A stretch of DNA of 64,000 nt from Klebsormidium nitens. Taxonomy: Eukaryota; Plantae; Klebsormidiophyceae. A program made the position numbers and the translations under genes. The stretch is taken from assembly GCA_000708835.1 (NCBI GenBank), contig DF237303.1, forward strand, positions 1-64,000, read 5' to 3'. Of this stretch, positions 50,001 through 61,325 are shown piece by piece. Each line of letters opens with the position of its first letter. Position 1 is the stretch's first letter. Under the pieces are notes generated by a model. That model was not told where the DNA came from. It saw only the letters and a list, made by a program, of their open reading frames with translations, and ran no database searches.

Positions 50001-53000
50001 TGTGGAAGACATGAAAGTTCTTGTAAGCACAAAGACATCGGAACACGAAGAATGGTGGACTGCGGAGGTGAAGCGATTGGTGCCCTTGAGAAAGAGAAGG
50101 CCAGCGAGTCTGGTCACGGTTCTCACACGACTTTCTGTGAGGTTCAGATGTTGTTTCAGTATAGCTTGGTAGCAAATGCAATCAACCAGGGAAATGAAGG
50201 GGGGGGATAAAGGACGGAGTCCAACTGAAAAATCTATTCAGATGCATCATCTCTAAAACTGAACACGAGCGAAGTGTCGAGATGTCTGGGGAAAAGTGGG
50301 ATCTACGTGATCCAATTGTGCCAAAGAGGCCTTTGCAGAGCTCCTTCTTGTGTGATTTTTCGAGTGCCCAACGATCCAGTCTTGTTTCATAAGTGATGCA
50401 TCCATACCAACGCCCATCAGCGAAAACGCCCTGCGGGAACCGTGTCCTACAAGAAGTTCAAGCGCCTGGAGAAGCAAAGCCTTCAGGTTTTTCAGGAGCT
50501 ATTCTGGTTGCTAGGCAGGGTAGTAAGGCTTCTGAAAGCAGAGTCACGAAGATTAACTCTGTCTCTGACTCTTCCTACGTTCGGCAGCAGGCCAAGGAGA
50601 CTCCAGATGGCGAGTCGATTCCAAATGGCTGTCTCCATTTGTCAAGTCAGGTCGCAAGCAATACCTGTTTCGGGATTGCTTATCATCTGTGTTCATTCGT
50701 TCGTTCTCAGGAAGCGGAGGAAGAGAAGCGGCGGAAAGCCGAAGTCGAGCGCGTCAAGCGGGAAGAGGCGGATCGGATCGCACGTGAGGAAGCAGAACGA
50801 GAGCGGAAACGGAAGGAAGAGGAGGAACGGATCAGGTCAGAGGTCGATCTCGTCGTGGCTGGTCTTTTTCCTGTAAACACTTCGGAGGCGAAGACATAAT
50901 CCGTGCAGCTTCTACCGTCAAGTAGTGTTACTTCCATTTTGAAGTCGTTCTCTGTAAGGTCGCTACGTGTCTGCTTCAGCGTTCGGGCAATCAGAGTTGC
51001 TTAGAACGAGTCAAGAATGACTTTATGGGAAATGAAAGAGTCACGAGCATTCATCTCAACAGTAGCTACACCGTACTCGTATGGCGGTACAAGGTTGCAG
51101 AGCGGACTGGCAGCGAGAAAATAGGAGCAGAACTTCATTTCAGTTGAACATGCTTACGATCTCGAATCTTCTTGCTGCAGGATGGAGCTTGAGAGGAAGC
51201 GCAGGGAGGAAGAGGCGGAGCGGCAACGACTCGAAGCGGAACGGAAACGGAAGGAAGAAGAAGAACGGTTGCTCAAGTTGGAAGAAGAGCGGCTGCGAAG
51301 ATTGGAGGAATTGAGAAGGTTAGAGGAACTGAGAAGGCAGGAGGAAGAGAGGCTCCGCAAGCTTGAGGAGGAGCGGAAACGAAAGGAGGAGGAAGAGCGG
51401 ATACGGAAGGCAGAGGAGGAACGGAAGCGGAAGGCGGAAGAGAAACGGCTGAGAAAGCTGGAGGAGGAGCGGATAAGAAAACTAGAGGAAGAGAGAAAGA
51501 GGAAACTAGAAGAGGAGAGGAAAAGGAAGGCGGAAGAAGAAAGGCAGCGGAGAGCAGAAGAGGAACGGCAGCGGAACGCGGAGCAGGAGCGGCTGAGGCA
51601 GGCGGAGGAAGCACGGCGGAAGCAGGAAGCGGAAGAGGAACGGACCCGGAAAACGAGGGTGAGCTGCTCGATGCGAGGCACGCTTTGTTTCACATGCGAT
51701 TCTGTTTTACATACTCAAGATCAAGGAAAGGGTTACCGCAAGCGAGCGTGGATCATGAGTGCAGGAGCACTTTCTGATCAGCTCTTTTGTTCGCTTCAAA
51801 TAAAAGCTGAAGTAAGCGGCATCCCAAGTAGGAAACTTACCCTTTGTCTATATTGGAATGTATCCTGTTAAGCGTGACACTGTGCGCCGTTAGCTAGCTT
51901 GGCAAGCCAGTTGTCCCGTGCGAAGTTATTGGCGCTGCTCTTTTGCCAACTTGCCTTCTTTTCGACGATCTTAATCGCCAAAATTTATTTGGTGCCTCGC
52001 GTATACCCAGGATGCAAAAAAAAATGACTGACTAGTGGAAGCCTCCCGAAATTCACACGGAAGTCTGCATAATCTCAGCATGAGCAGCTGGTCACGTCAG
52101 GACAGACATTATGAAGACATCGTTGAATGTGCTCAGAAGCAGAGGACTTAGGAGCGTCAATGACGGATACTCTCTTCAGGATTCGAAAGTGTGATTTGAA
52201 CATCGTGCCCCCAGGTTTCTATACTCGCTTTCCAAATCCTGGGCTCTTCGTTGCTGAGTTCGGAAAGATAGACGTCAGCTTGACCCTGTGCTGATCTCAA
52301 GCCACTCAATCATTTACAAAGAAATGCAGAAAACAGATTTGTTATCCTTTTGCAGGAGGCGAAGGAGAGGCTGGCGCGCATGCAGGCCGAGGCCGAGCGG
52401 CAGCGCGAGCAGACGGCGACGGCGAAAGCTGCGGGGGTGAGCCCCGCCGCGCATTGTTTTACACTCACCGATCGCTTCTCTTCGTGAATGTGCACGCACT
52501 TCCGCACTCTTGCTCGCGCACTTTTTGCGAGCAGACGGCGGCGGCGAAAGCCGCGGGGGTGAGCTCCGCCGCTCGTTTCCGCGCACAATCTTACACTAGC
52601 CAATCGCATCCTTGCGCGAACCTGCGCACACTTCCGCACTCTTGCTCGCGCATTCCTTATGCCCTCTGAGTCGCACGCTCGAAGGACTCGAAACTTGCGG
52701 ATTTGAACGCGTTGATGTTTTCTTGCTCGATCGAGCAGACCGGCAATTTTCCCGCTTTTCGGATGTTGGTCTTTGTTCCCATTTTCAAGCGGCAAGGAAG
52801 GTGCATGGAAATCTGAAAGCAGTCTTGGTGACAAGAACACAAGGGTTCCTTGCCGTCAAATGCTTGGGGGCCTTTCGCTTCAGGACCTTTTTCGGTCTCC
52901 ATGACACCTGCTTGACTTGTGAGCTGTTGGCGCTGTTTTGTACCACTTTTCGCGAAACGCACCACTGCTCTTTGTACGCCTCTCGGTCCTCCTTATTGGG

Positions 53001-56000
53001 TCTTTCTGTTCTGTCGCCTGACGTCGGCCTCTTTGCGCCTCCGCTATACGATGACGTGTTTTTGGCATCACGTAGACCGCACCTGTCATGCATTGATTGG
53101 ATTGTTTGTAAGCTTTGGAGTGATATAAGCGGAGGATCTATGCAGGCGTATCCGGTTAGCCAGAGATGATTGTCATGCCATTGTCGTGTTGGTTCCATGC
53201 GTCAAGTTCTAGTCCCGTGCCTGTCGTGAAAGGGATCTTGGGGCCTCTTTCTTGATCAGTCTGGGAACGACGGAACTGTACTTCGCATTTGTGAGAGATG
53301 TACGACCGACTGATTTATTGCAGAAGCATTATGATGGATGAACGGATAATCAAGAAAAATGCAACGTCCACGAGACAGCTCTTTCAAATGGCTGCAGTTC
53401 CTCTCTAAATTCGTCCTTGTGTGTTCCAACGAACTCTAAAAGCTGAATTTGGGTACGGTCGCAGGCGAAGGCGGCGGAAGCGGAGCGCAAGCGCCAGGAG
53501 GCGGAGCGCAAACGACAAGAAAACGCAGAGAAGCGGGTAAGCCGGCTTCCTCCAAGGAATCCGCCCGTCGAGAACTTGATTGGTTACACATATGGACGCA
53601 TGCTGGGTTTGCCAAGTTGCATTGCTTGCGGCGTTAGGGTATTGAATTTGCACCCCGGCCAGTATTGCCAGGACAACCGGTCCTCATTCAGTTGTTTGGC
53701 AGGCTGAGTCTTACCGTGCAGAGCTTCCTCATCTATCGAGATTTGGAGAAAACTTGCAGCCGTTTCGTACTTTTTCAGTGGGCTTGAATTGCAAGGCCAA
53801 CTTCGATTCCCAACTTTGAGATCCGCAAAAATTCCACCGATTGTTAGAGGGTCTTCGCGATACGCCACCATTTTGAGATGCTGTGACGAGGAATCATGAG
53901 CCCGCAGAGTATCTTGGTGCTCTGAAAGCGAGGACTTTTGCAATAGCTCGATTTCCACGATTTTTCGAACTTTTCAATCTTTTCGAACTTCGCCAGGCGG
54001 AGAAAGCGCGGCAGACCGCGCAGAAAAAGGCGACGACCGCGGCCGCCAAGGCGGCACGGGACCAGGCCGCCCGAGATGCGCGCGCGCACGAGGAGGAGCG
54101 CCGCGCGCAAGAGGCGGGGCGGGCTCGAGCGGAAGCAGCGGAACAGGAGCGGATCCGGGCGGAAGAGGTGGGCTGCGCTCGCAAACTGTGCACGAAGCAC
54201 GCTTCAATATCTTTTTATGTCGCTCTTTCGGGATGCTCGTTTGTAGCTCTTTCTTTAACGCTTCTACCAAGCCTGCATGAAGGACTTGACTTGAGGAGGT
54301 CACAGGTGGCAGCTTCACGGACATATCTTACCCGTATTCTACTTTGACTCCGGCTCCGTTCGGCTGTGCATGTATTTCGATGCTGGTGGTAGAGGCTTGC
54401 TTTTTGCATTGTTCTGGATCTCCTAGAAAAGTCTGCTCTTCTGCTCCACGGCACGTTCAGCCGCGCTCACTGCAATTAGCATATTGCACAAGCTTGGATA
54501 AGATAAAAGGCCCGTTCTAACAGCTTCTGAAGGAAGCAATTGCTCTCTGGGATTGGCTGATTGGCTTCTGTCCTCTCCGCCATTCCGCAGAAGCGCCGGG
54601 CGGAGCAAGAGGCGTACCGGAAGTTCCAGGAGAACTGGCAGCGCGAGCAGCGCGAGCAGGCCAAGCGCCGCTTCGAGGAACAGCAGAAGCAGCACGCCGC
54701 CGCCGCGGGTGAGTACATTTCACGAGGTCTCGTCATGTTCTTCCTTTTGACTTTGTAGTCCCTGTGCACTTCTTCGAATCTCGTCATCTTTTTCCTTTTA
54801 AATTTGTAGTCCTTCTACTGCTTGCGAGGTTTTACGAGTGCTTCTGTTGGTGGTTCACCAAAGCGCTGATTGAGACGGACCGCAAAGCAGTCGGCGGTGG
54901 TTTGCTAAAAATGCGGGTAGAACTAGGTCTAGAAGCGGGCAAGACTCTCTAAGGACCAGCCCAAACATCGCCCACATTTTCGCAAAGGCGTTTTGCAAAG
55001 GCAACGCTACTCGAAACCAGAAGTTTCTGATGTACGTTCAGCTTTAGAGCTGACGGACAAATCACGATCCCGGGGTCCGATCAGGTCGTGGGCCCGTGAA
55101 ACGAGCAGAACTTTCCAGCACTGCCTTTGGTTGCGTCCTGAGAACGGAATCCAAAGCCGCCCACATTCCTTCTCGCAGCGGCTACGCTGCTGCAGAACCC
55201 GCCGTTGCTGATGTACGCCTCACTCAAGAGCCGACGTCCACAAACCCGCTCACAAACCCGTTACCGAACGAATCCATTCAGAAACGAAGCGACGACATTT
55301 GAGTGCGTTACGTGGAAATTCTGTCCCGAAATCATCTAAAGCTGCCCACTCCCAACTTTGATACTCAGAAACCTGGCAAAAGCACTGGGAAACGTATCGA
55401 ATCCTTGTTTGAAAAACGAGGCCTGAAACCCCATTTTCCATATTGCAGCGGCGAATCTGCTGCAGAACCCGCCGGTGCTGACGTACGCCCAGTTCGAGGC
55501 GGGGTGGGAGAGCCTGTGGAAGAACCTGAGCTCCGACGCCCCGCTGCGCTGCTCCCAAATCCCCTGGCCGCCGCTCGGCAACCCCGTCTTCTACCTGCAA
55601 AATGAGGGGCCAGACGTAAGAACAGTCACTACTTTCCGGTCCTGTTCTATCTGCCGCTGTTGTGTCTTCATTTTCCATTCGCTGTAGTTGTCTTTCTTCT
55701 TTTGTTGGAATTGTTGACGGGAGGGACCCCCTCTTCTACCTGCAAAAGGAGGGGCCAGATATGAGGATTGTTCCCCCTAATTGTCGTCTCTTCTTCTCTT
55801 GAATCTTTCTCGTCCTTCTCTTCCAAACGGATGTCGACTTTTTCCCCGCCCTTCTAGTACGAGCCGGTCGCGTCCTTGAAATGAGGGGCCAGACGTAAGA
55901 ACAGTGGCCTCCATCCCGGTCCTTTCCTTGTTGCTGTTGTTCTCTTTCTCTTTTTATTTAGACTGTTTGCAAGAGGGACCCCGTCTTCTACCTGCAAAAC

Positions 56001-57088
56001 GAGGGGCCAGACGTGAGGATAATCCTCCTTATTTTCATCTTTTCTTCTCCTGATTCGTTCTCTTCCTTCTCTTGTTAATGACTTTTGGGTTTTCTCCTCC
56101 CTTCCATTACGAGCCGGGTTTAGCGTTGTTGTCGCTAAAGCGAGGGGCTAGACGAGAAGACAGTCCCCTCTTTTCATCTTCTTACCTTTTTGTTGTTCCA
56201 TTTCCTTACTCTGCTATCGATACCTTGTGAAAGACACCCCGTCTTCTATCTGCAAAACGAGGGGCCAGACGTAAGAATAGTCGCCTCCTTTCCGGTCCTA
56301 TTCTTTTTGCTGCGGTTCTCTCTCTCCCTTTATTGAAGTTATTTGCGGGAGGCACCCCGGTTTCTACCTGCGAAACGAAGAGCCAAACGTGAGGACATGG
56401 ATCTGGTTGTTTTGTTTATCATTTCTTCTCCCTTTCGAGTTTCTTTCTGCTTTCTTGTTGGTTTGTTTGGGGAGCTTTACGCAGCAAGTCCCAATATTCT
56501 ACCCGCAAAAGGAGGGGCTAGACATGAGGGCGAGCACTTCTCCCTTTCTCCTGTTTCTTTCCTTTCTTCTCTGGCCTTCGATTTGCGTTCTTCAAATCTG
56601 TAGTCAAGTGAGTCCGAAAACGCGAAGGAGGGTCACACTGTGGGCTTCATGATGTGTAGGACCAGAGGAAGAAGTCCCGCAGAGATCTGCTGCGCTTGCG
56701 CCAGTTCGAACGTTTCTTTTGGCAAAATTGCTCGACAGTCTGAGTCAAAAATCTGAAAGGTTTCATGTATCGTTGTACTGTCAGCTTGTAAGGCCTGCAG
56801 GACCAGAGAAAGAAGCTCCGAAAGGGATTGCTGCGTCGCGTCGGCTTTTGTGTCTTTCTTTGTTAACATGTTAGATCGAGAGTCCGGACAGATAATCCGC
56901 AGATTCACAGTGGTAGCTTGTATGACTTGCAGGACCAGAGGAAGAAGTTCCGCAAGGCGTTGCTGCGTTGGCACCCGGACAAGTTCGGGCAGGCGTGCGG
57001 CAAGCGGCTGGTCGACGTCGAGCGTGACGTCATCTTGGAGCGAGTCAAGGAGATCTTCAACGAAGTGCAGGCCCAGAGGCCGTGTTAA
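47092..57088 (+). CDS. Multidomain protein: LRR1/PIF1-type PH-like N-terminus, long E/R/K-rich helix, NFKBIL1-like C-terminus (IPWP...RWHPDKF); 11 exons, ~672 aa
   Basis: Exons 47092-47416, 47986-48197, 49095-49208, 50711-50835, 51181-51658, 52356-52436, 53465-53536, 53997-54167, 54591-54708, 55449-55615, 56933-57088 (2019 nt, GT-AG, in frame). N-terminal TKFMHEGKATI resembles LRR1 TKFVDEGKATV. C-terminus reads LRCSQIPWPP...RKALLRWHPDKFGQ. The start codon is uncertain. Confidence 0.78.
51182..51658 (+). repeat. Coding low-complexity ER/K repeat (EEERKRK-type units), predicted single alpha-helix or coiled coil
   Basis: Translation MELERKRREEEAERQRLEAERKRKEEEERLLKLEEERLRRLEELRR... has (E4)(R/K4)-like periodicity over ~159 codons. 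Confidence 0.85.
52405..52652 (+). repeat. Two-copy tandem duplication (~122-bp period) spanning the exon 6 donor
   Basis: gcgagcagacggcg(a/g)cggcgaaagc(t/c)gcggggGTGAGC...cttccgcactcttgctcgcgca starts at both 52405 and 52527. Confidence 0.9.
55580..56530 (+). repeat. Eight-copy tandem array (117-145 bp period) of exon-10 end plus donor
   Basis: The core gaggggccagac or a variant ends at 55615 (functional), 55760, 55894, 56012, 56153, 56270, 56388 and 56523. It is usually preceded by ccccgtcttctacctgcaaa and followed by gtaagaa or gtgagga-like sequence. Confidence 0.9.
56650..56960 (+). repeat. Three-copy array of acceptor plus exon-11 start
   Basis: ag|gaccagag(g/a)aagaag starts at 56660, 56801 and 56933 (functional). 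Confidence 0.88.
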
Positions 57089-58423
57089 TTGCGATGTCTG
57101 TTTTGCAGAGCCCGCAATAGGTGGGCTGCTGTTTGGGTGACTTCATTGCCTATTAAACTTCTTCAACACCGGAAGTGGGTCTCCGTATGTGTTGGTCAAA
57201 CATGTCGCGCCACAGAGAGCACGGCCGGCAACGGACGAAAGAAGTTGTACAGACGTCTCGCTCGTGGGGTTGTGTCAGACGTCTCTTGCGTCAAGCTGAT
57301 TACGAGCACGCGGTGGACAGTATTAGATGAAGATGTAGACGGTCGGACTCAACATGTGTCCTGTGTATATGCCTTTGGAACACGCGGGGTATGCGGACAG
57401 TGTCTGGCATGCGTTCCAACGAAACGTCGTGCGCCGTGCGGCGGCCGTGCCATGCGGTGACTACGCCAGTTCTTCATGTATGCACCGACCTTTGTACTCA
57501 CATCCGGCCATGCAGTGCAGTGCTCGTACGCCAGCTAGTCGCGCTTAACGTCTTAAACTTGCACGCTAGCCTGCCGCAATCGATCTACGAGCTATGCGGC
57601 TCAGCTCGAAATGAAGCTAGGTAGTACGTAGTCGACGGATGCACAAAGAATTATGTTGCGGACAGACCGGCATATGTAGTGCAGGCCAAGCCGCCCGCCA
57701 TGGCAGGCTGAACACTTGTATATACGGTAGCCTATGGGAGGCCGGTGGGCGTGGGACAGGCTCAAGCCTGCAGGACGGCTTGATGGTTCCCCCCTATGTT
57801 GCATGATCAAAAGCTTCTGAATGTGAACAGGTATATCTGTGCGTTCCACTACGATTGGTCTACAGGTAGTTTGATCAGGACGTATGTGCAGGCAGGCTGC
57901 GCTTGCTTAAGTTGGCCGGTAGACATGCACAAAAACGCGCATGCACAGACCACGTCCAGTGCACTGCGGCAAAGATCAACAGGGCGCCGTCCGCGCCGCT
58001 TCAAAATTTAAGCTGAATTATATTGTCCGATCAAACACATGCACGCGTCCGGTCTCAAAAACCGATTGCAGCGTACCTACAGTAAGCCGTAGGTTCTTCT
58101 ATCTTAGAGCGTGCTACTCCCTTATGTATTTGACGTTAACTCCGCGCTGTCCCAGCCCCAATCTGCCGAGACGGTACAGTCGTACGTACTGAGCTCGGTT
58201 GCAAGCAGGCACTTCTCAGCTTACTCTCGACCAAAAAAATCACGGTGCCAGTGTCACGGACCGGGCACTTACGGCCCGGCTACCCCTTGAGAATCCTAAG
58301 GAGACCAAATCATTCTCACTCATTAAAGTCTGAGTGCAGCCTTTGCTGGTCAACTTCTGGACGAATACAGCACTTGCTAAACTACTTACACATCTACACA
58401 CTTTTCAGCCTTAACAATACGCC

Positions 58424-61325
58424 TCAGATCCCCAGCCAAAAGACTGTGACGATGACGTGCATGGTTGGGTTTTCCCAGACGACCGTCTGTTTTCCTGCAC
58501 AAGATCCTACTATCGCGCTTCAGTTGGGGAGACCAGCTTAACGCGAGGGCTGAAATCATGATCTTTAGACCTGACCGGACACAGCCCACTATTTCCACAG
58601 CCACTCCTGAAATGGGGTACGATCTTGTGGTAAATAGTGCTGAGACTTTAGTCGATGCTTCTCTATACTTTGGAGAGGGTTTTGCTAGCAGTCAGACAAG
58701 CAAAAGACAGCCCGCTTGTCAAGGTATACCGGGTTTCTCGATCGGAAAAGTGTCTGTTGAAAGGCAATCAGAACGGTCCTGTCAACTCCCCTGACATACG
58801 ACCGGCCGCTGTCAGAATCAGGGCTAACTTACACGTCTGCGACAAAAATCATTCCTGAATGTGTCTACGCTTCTGGGTGCCAACACACGGAAGGCAAGTA
58901 ATCATATATCCGGACCGAACTTAGTAGTGCAGTCTGCCTGTGACGGTTTGGTCGAACTTGAGAAGTTGAGCAGGAGTAGAGAGAAAGGAGCAATCGGTGG
59001 AGGATCCACTGGACGAACAGGGTAGCGGAAGGAAAGCGAGTTTCAAACATACTTTGCGCCATCAACCTGCTTTGTGCTTACGGCTGACAAGAAGGAACTA
59101 CAACGAGGAACCAAATCCAACACGAGGAAGGAGGAAGGGATAACAGGAAAAGTCAATCACTGGTACCAATACCGAAGGGATAGACAACGGAAACAATACC
59201 GCAATCTTTGCTTTTCGATCTCGTAGGAACGGGAGGGACTGCGACAGAAGAAATGTGGTCTTCCCCCTTCCAAAGTGCGCGTGCTCTCACAGAAACCAAA
59301 GCATTGCCCCGAAAGATTGATATAAAGCAGAAACGGGTGAAGAGGAACTAGAACGAAGGGGAAGATTGCGGGGAACGCACCATCGGTGTCTGGGTCCCAG
59401 TAGCTGGTGCACGTGCAGTGCAGGCCCGCTCCCGTCTTCTGCATGATGTTGCACGTCACTGCAGGCAGCGCCAGAGGAGCGGTGCTGACGTGAGAAGACG
59501 TAACTGACGTCACAATCTTAGGGGGCGAAATGGTTTGGGTGCTCCTGCAAAGGTTTCGGCTGAAGCCAACGAACTGAGAGCGGAGTCACTTTGGGACAAC
59601 CGCACAGATTCGGCGTACGCCATGTTTGAACATGAATTCAAGAGAAGCAACTACTTAACATGAGGAAACGGTAGCTTTTCAATGACTTCTGGAGCCAGAT
59701 TGTGACGAAGTTACTGAAAGAAGAGAGATAAGGCTCATGGCAAACTGATTAAGGTCTCCATGTTAATTCTGCATACAAATGCAAGCCTGAGCGTTGCATG
59801 GAAGGCCGTTATGTGAACGTGCTTGTTGGCGCCTGCTCATCATGACACCAAAGAGTTTAGGGCTTGACTCTCTGTCAAGCCTTCGGGACCCTCCTTGACG
59901 CGATGAGAAACTGAGCATGCTGACAAGCGACGCTCCTCCCTTGAGGCGGGTATGATGAGGAGACGCGCAGGCCAAAGGACTTGAGTGCAACCAACTTACC
60001 GACATATTTGTAAGGCTTCGACAAAGATGATAGCCGCTTTAGGCAGCTCTCCTGCGGAGCCACAAGGTGGTATGAGAAGCAGCAATTTGCTAAACGTCTT
60101 GGGCGGACTTACGAAGCATCTTTGCAGCATCGGATGGGAACTAATGGAGGAAAAGATGTTCGCATGGACTGGCAAGTAACAAAGAGATCGATCGGCACCG
60201 TAGTGCAAGAATTGTGGATCAATGAAGTTGAGATTGGCAATCAAACGAGCGAGTGAGCTAGAAAATTTTACCACAATGTTGGATGTCCACACATTGAGCT
60301 TGTTGTGGATGAAGGCGGTCTGGCCCAGCGCTTGCTCGATGGACTGCAGAAATGTATGCAGATTGAGGACTGAAAAATCCTCACAGGAAGGAAGGCAAGG
60401 ATGTCACGACAGTAGGACTTGCAACAAGGATAAATTTATTGGATACAAGAGAAAAAACTGTCACAACCTGCATGTGGACCAGTATACAATGAAGTCTCGC
60501 ACAGAGCTTGCATTCAGACGCAATTGAAATGGTAAAGTGCTGCTCCTAAGAGAAGGGTGGGAGGCAAGCGGTCATACTTCAAAGGCAGCCAGTGAGGCAG
60601 TCCGAAGTTCGTGACAAAGAGCGCTTTAGGCAAAAGAATGTCTGCCAGAAGCATGCGCAGGACATAAGACGCCATTTCTCTTGTAACTAAGGCCTTGGAA
60701 TGTGGTAGTTCTCCAGTCGGATCGACATCAGCAGCTGGATGCCAAGCGTTTGTTCAAGACAGCTGACGCCCTTCGGCATTGCAGATCCGCACGCTTGCAC
60801 AACCACTCCTTTCCACAGACAGTATCAGTGCTTATGGCACCAGCATTTTTTAATCATAAAACTCATCGTAAAACTAGCGTGCAAAACCACCACCACAGAA
60901 TCTGAAGGCTCTGCTACGGACTGTGCTCTGCGTGAAGCAGAGCACTAGCGTCGCAGCTTGGAAAACACAGAAATATTACCAGAAATTACCGGACATAGTA
61001 CCACTTTGCTTGATCAACCATGCGACCATTTGCTACTTACCCTCAATGAAGCAAGCTGATTGTTTATATTGCACCGCTTTGAGCATCGTTGTTCATTTTC
61101 TGTTTCGTGAGACAGGATGCAGGACTCAGAAGCCTGACGTTTCCCCAAAGAACCGGGAAACCTTTGTTGTCTCCTTTCGTTTCCAAATAATTGAAACACT
61201 GTACTCTTGGCGCTGATGCACACTGGCAGGAATAGATAACATGAATGAGGGTAAGCATTTCTCACCTCTCGGATGACTGTTTCCACTTCCTCTGGCACAA
61301 TTTCTTTGCTCGGCTCAAACTCCAT
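58424..61325 (-). CDS. DYNLT1: Dynein light chain Tctex-type 1, 5 exons, 110 aa
   Basis: Exons 61266-61325, 60272-60343, 60000-60051, 59381-59458, 58424-58494 (333 nt, GT-AG, in frame). Translation: MEFEPSKEIVPEEVETVIRE-SIEQALGQTAFIHNKLNVWTSNIV-ESCLKRLSSLSKPYKYV-VTCNIMQKTGAGLHCTCTSYWDPDTD-GKQTVVWENPTMHVIVTVFWLGI*. It carries the Tctex-1 signature KY.VTC.IMQK.GAGLH...WD..TDG...WEN.TM. Confidence 0.93.

Noticed and set aside
55580-56530. CRISPR-like appearance (conserved ~35-bp motif separated by variable sequence)
   Set aside because: The repeat is the end of a spliceosomal exon plus its donor. The spacers are long (~85-110 bp) and related to each other, there are no cas genes, and the context is eukaryotic.
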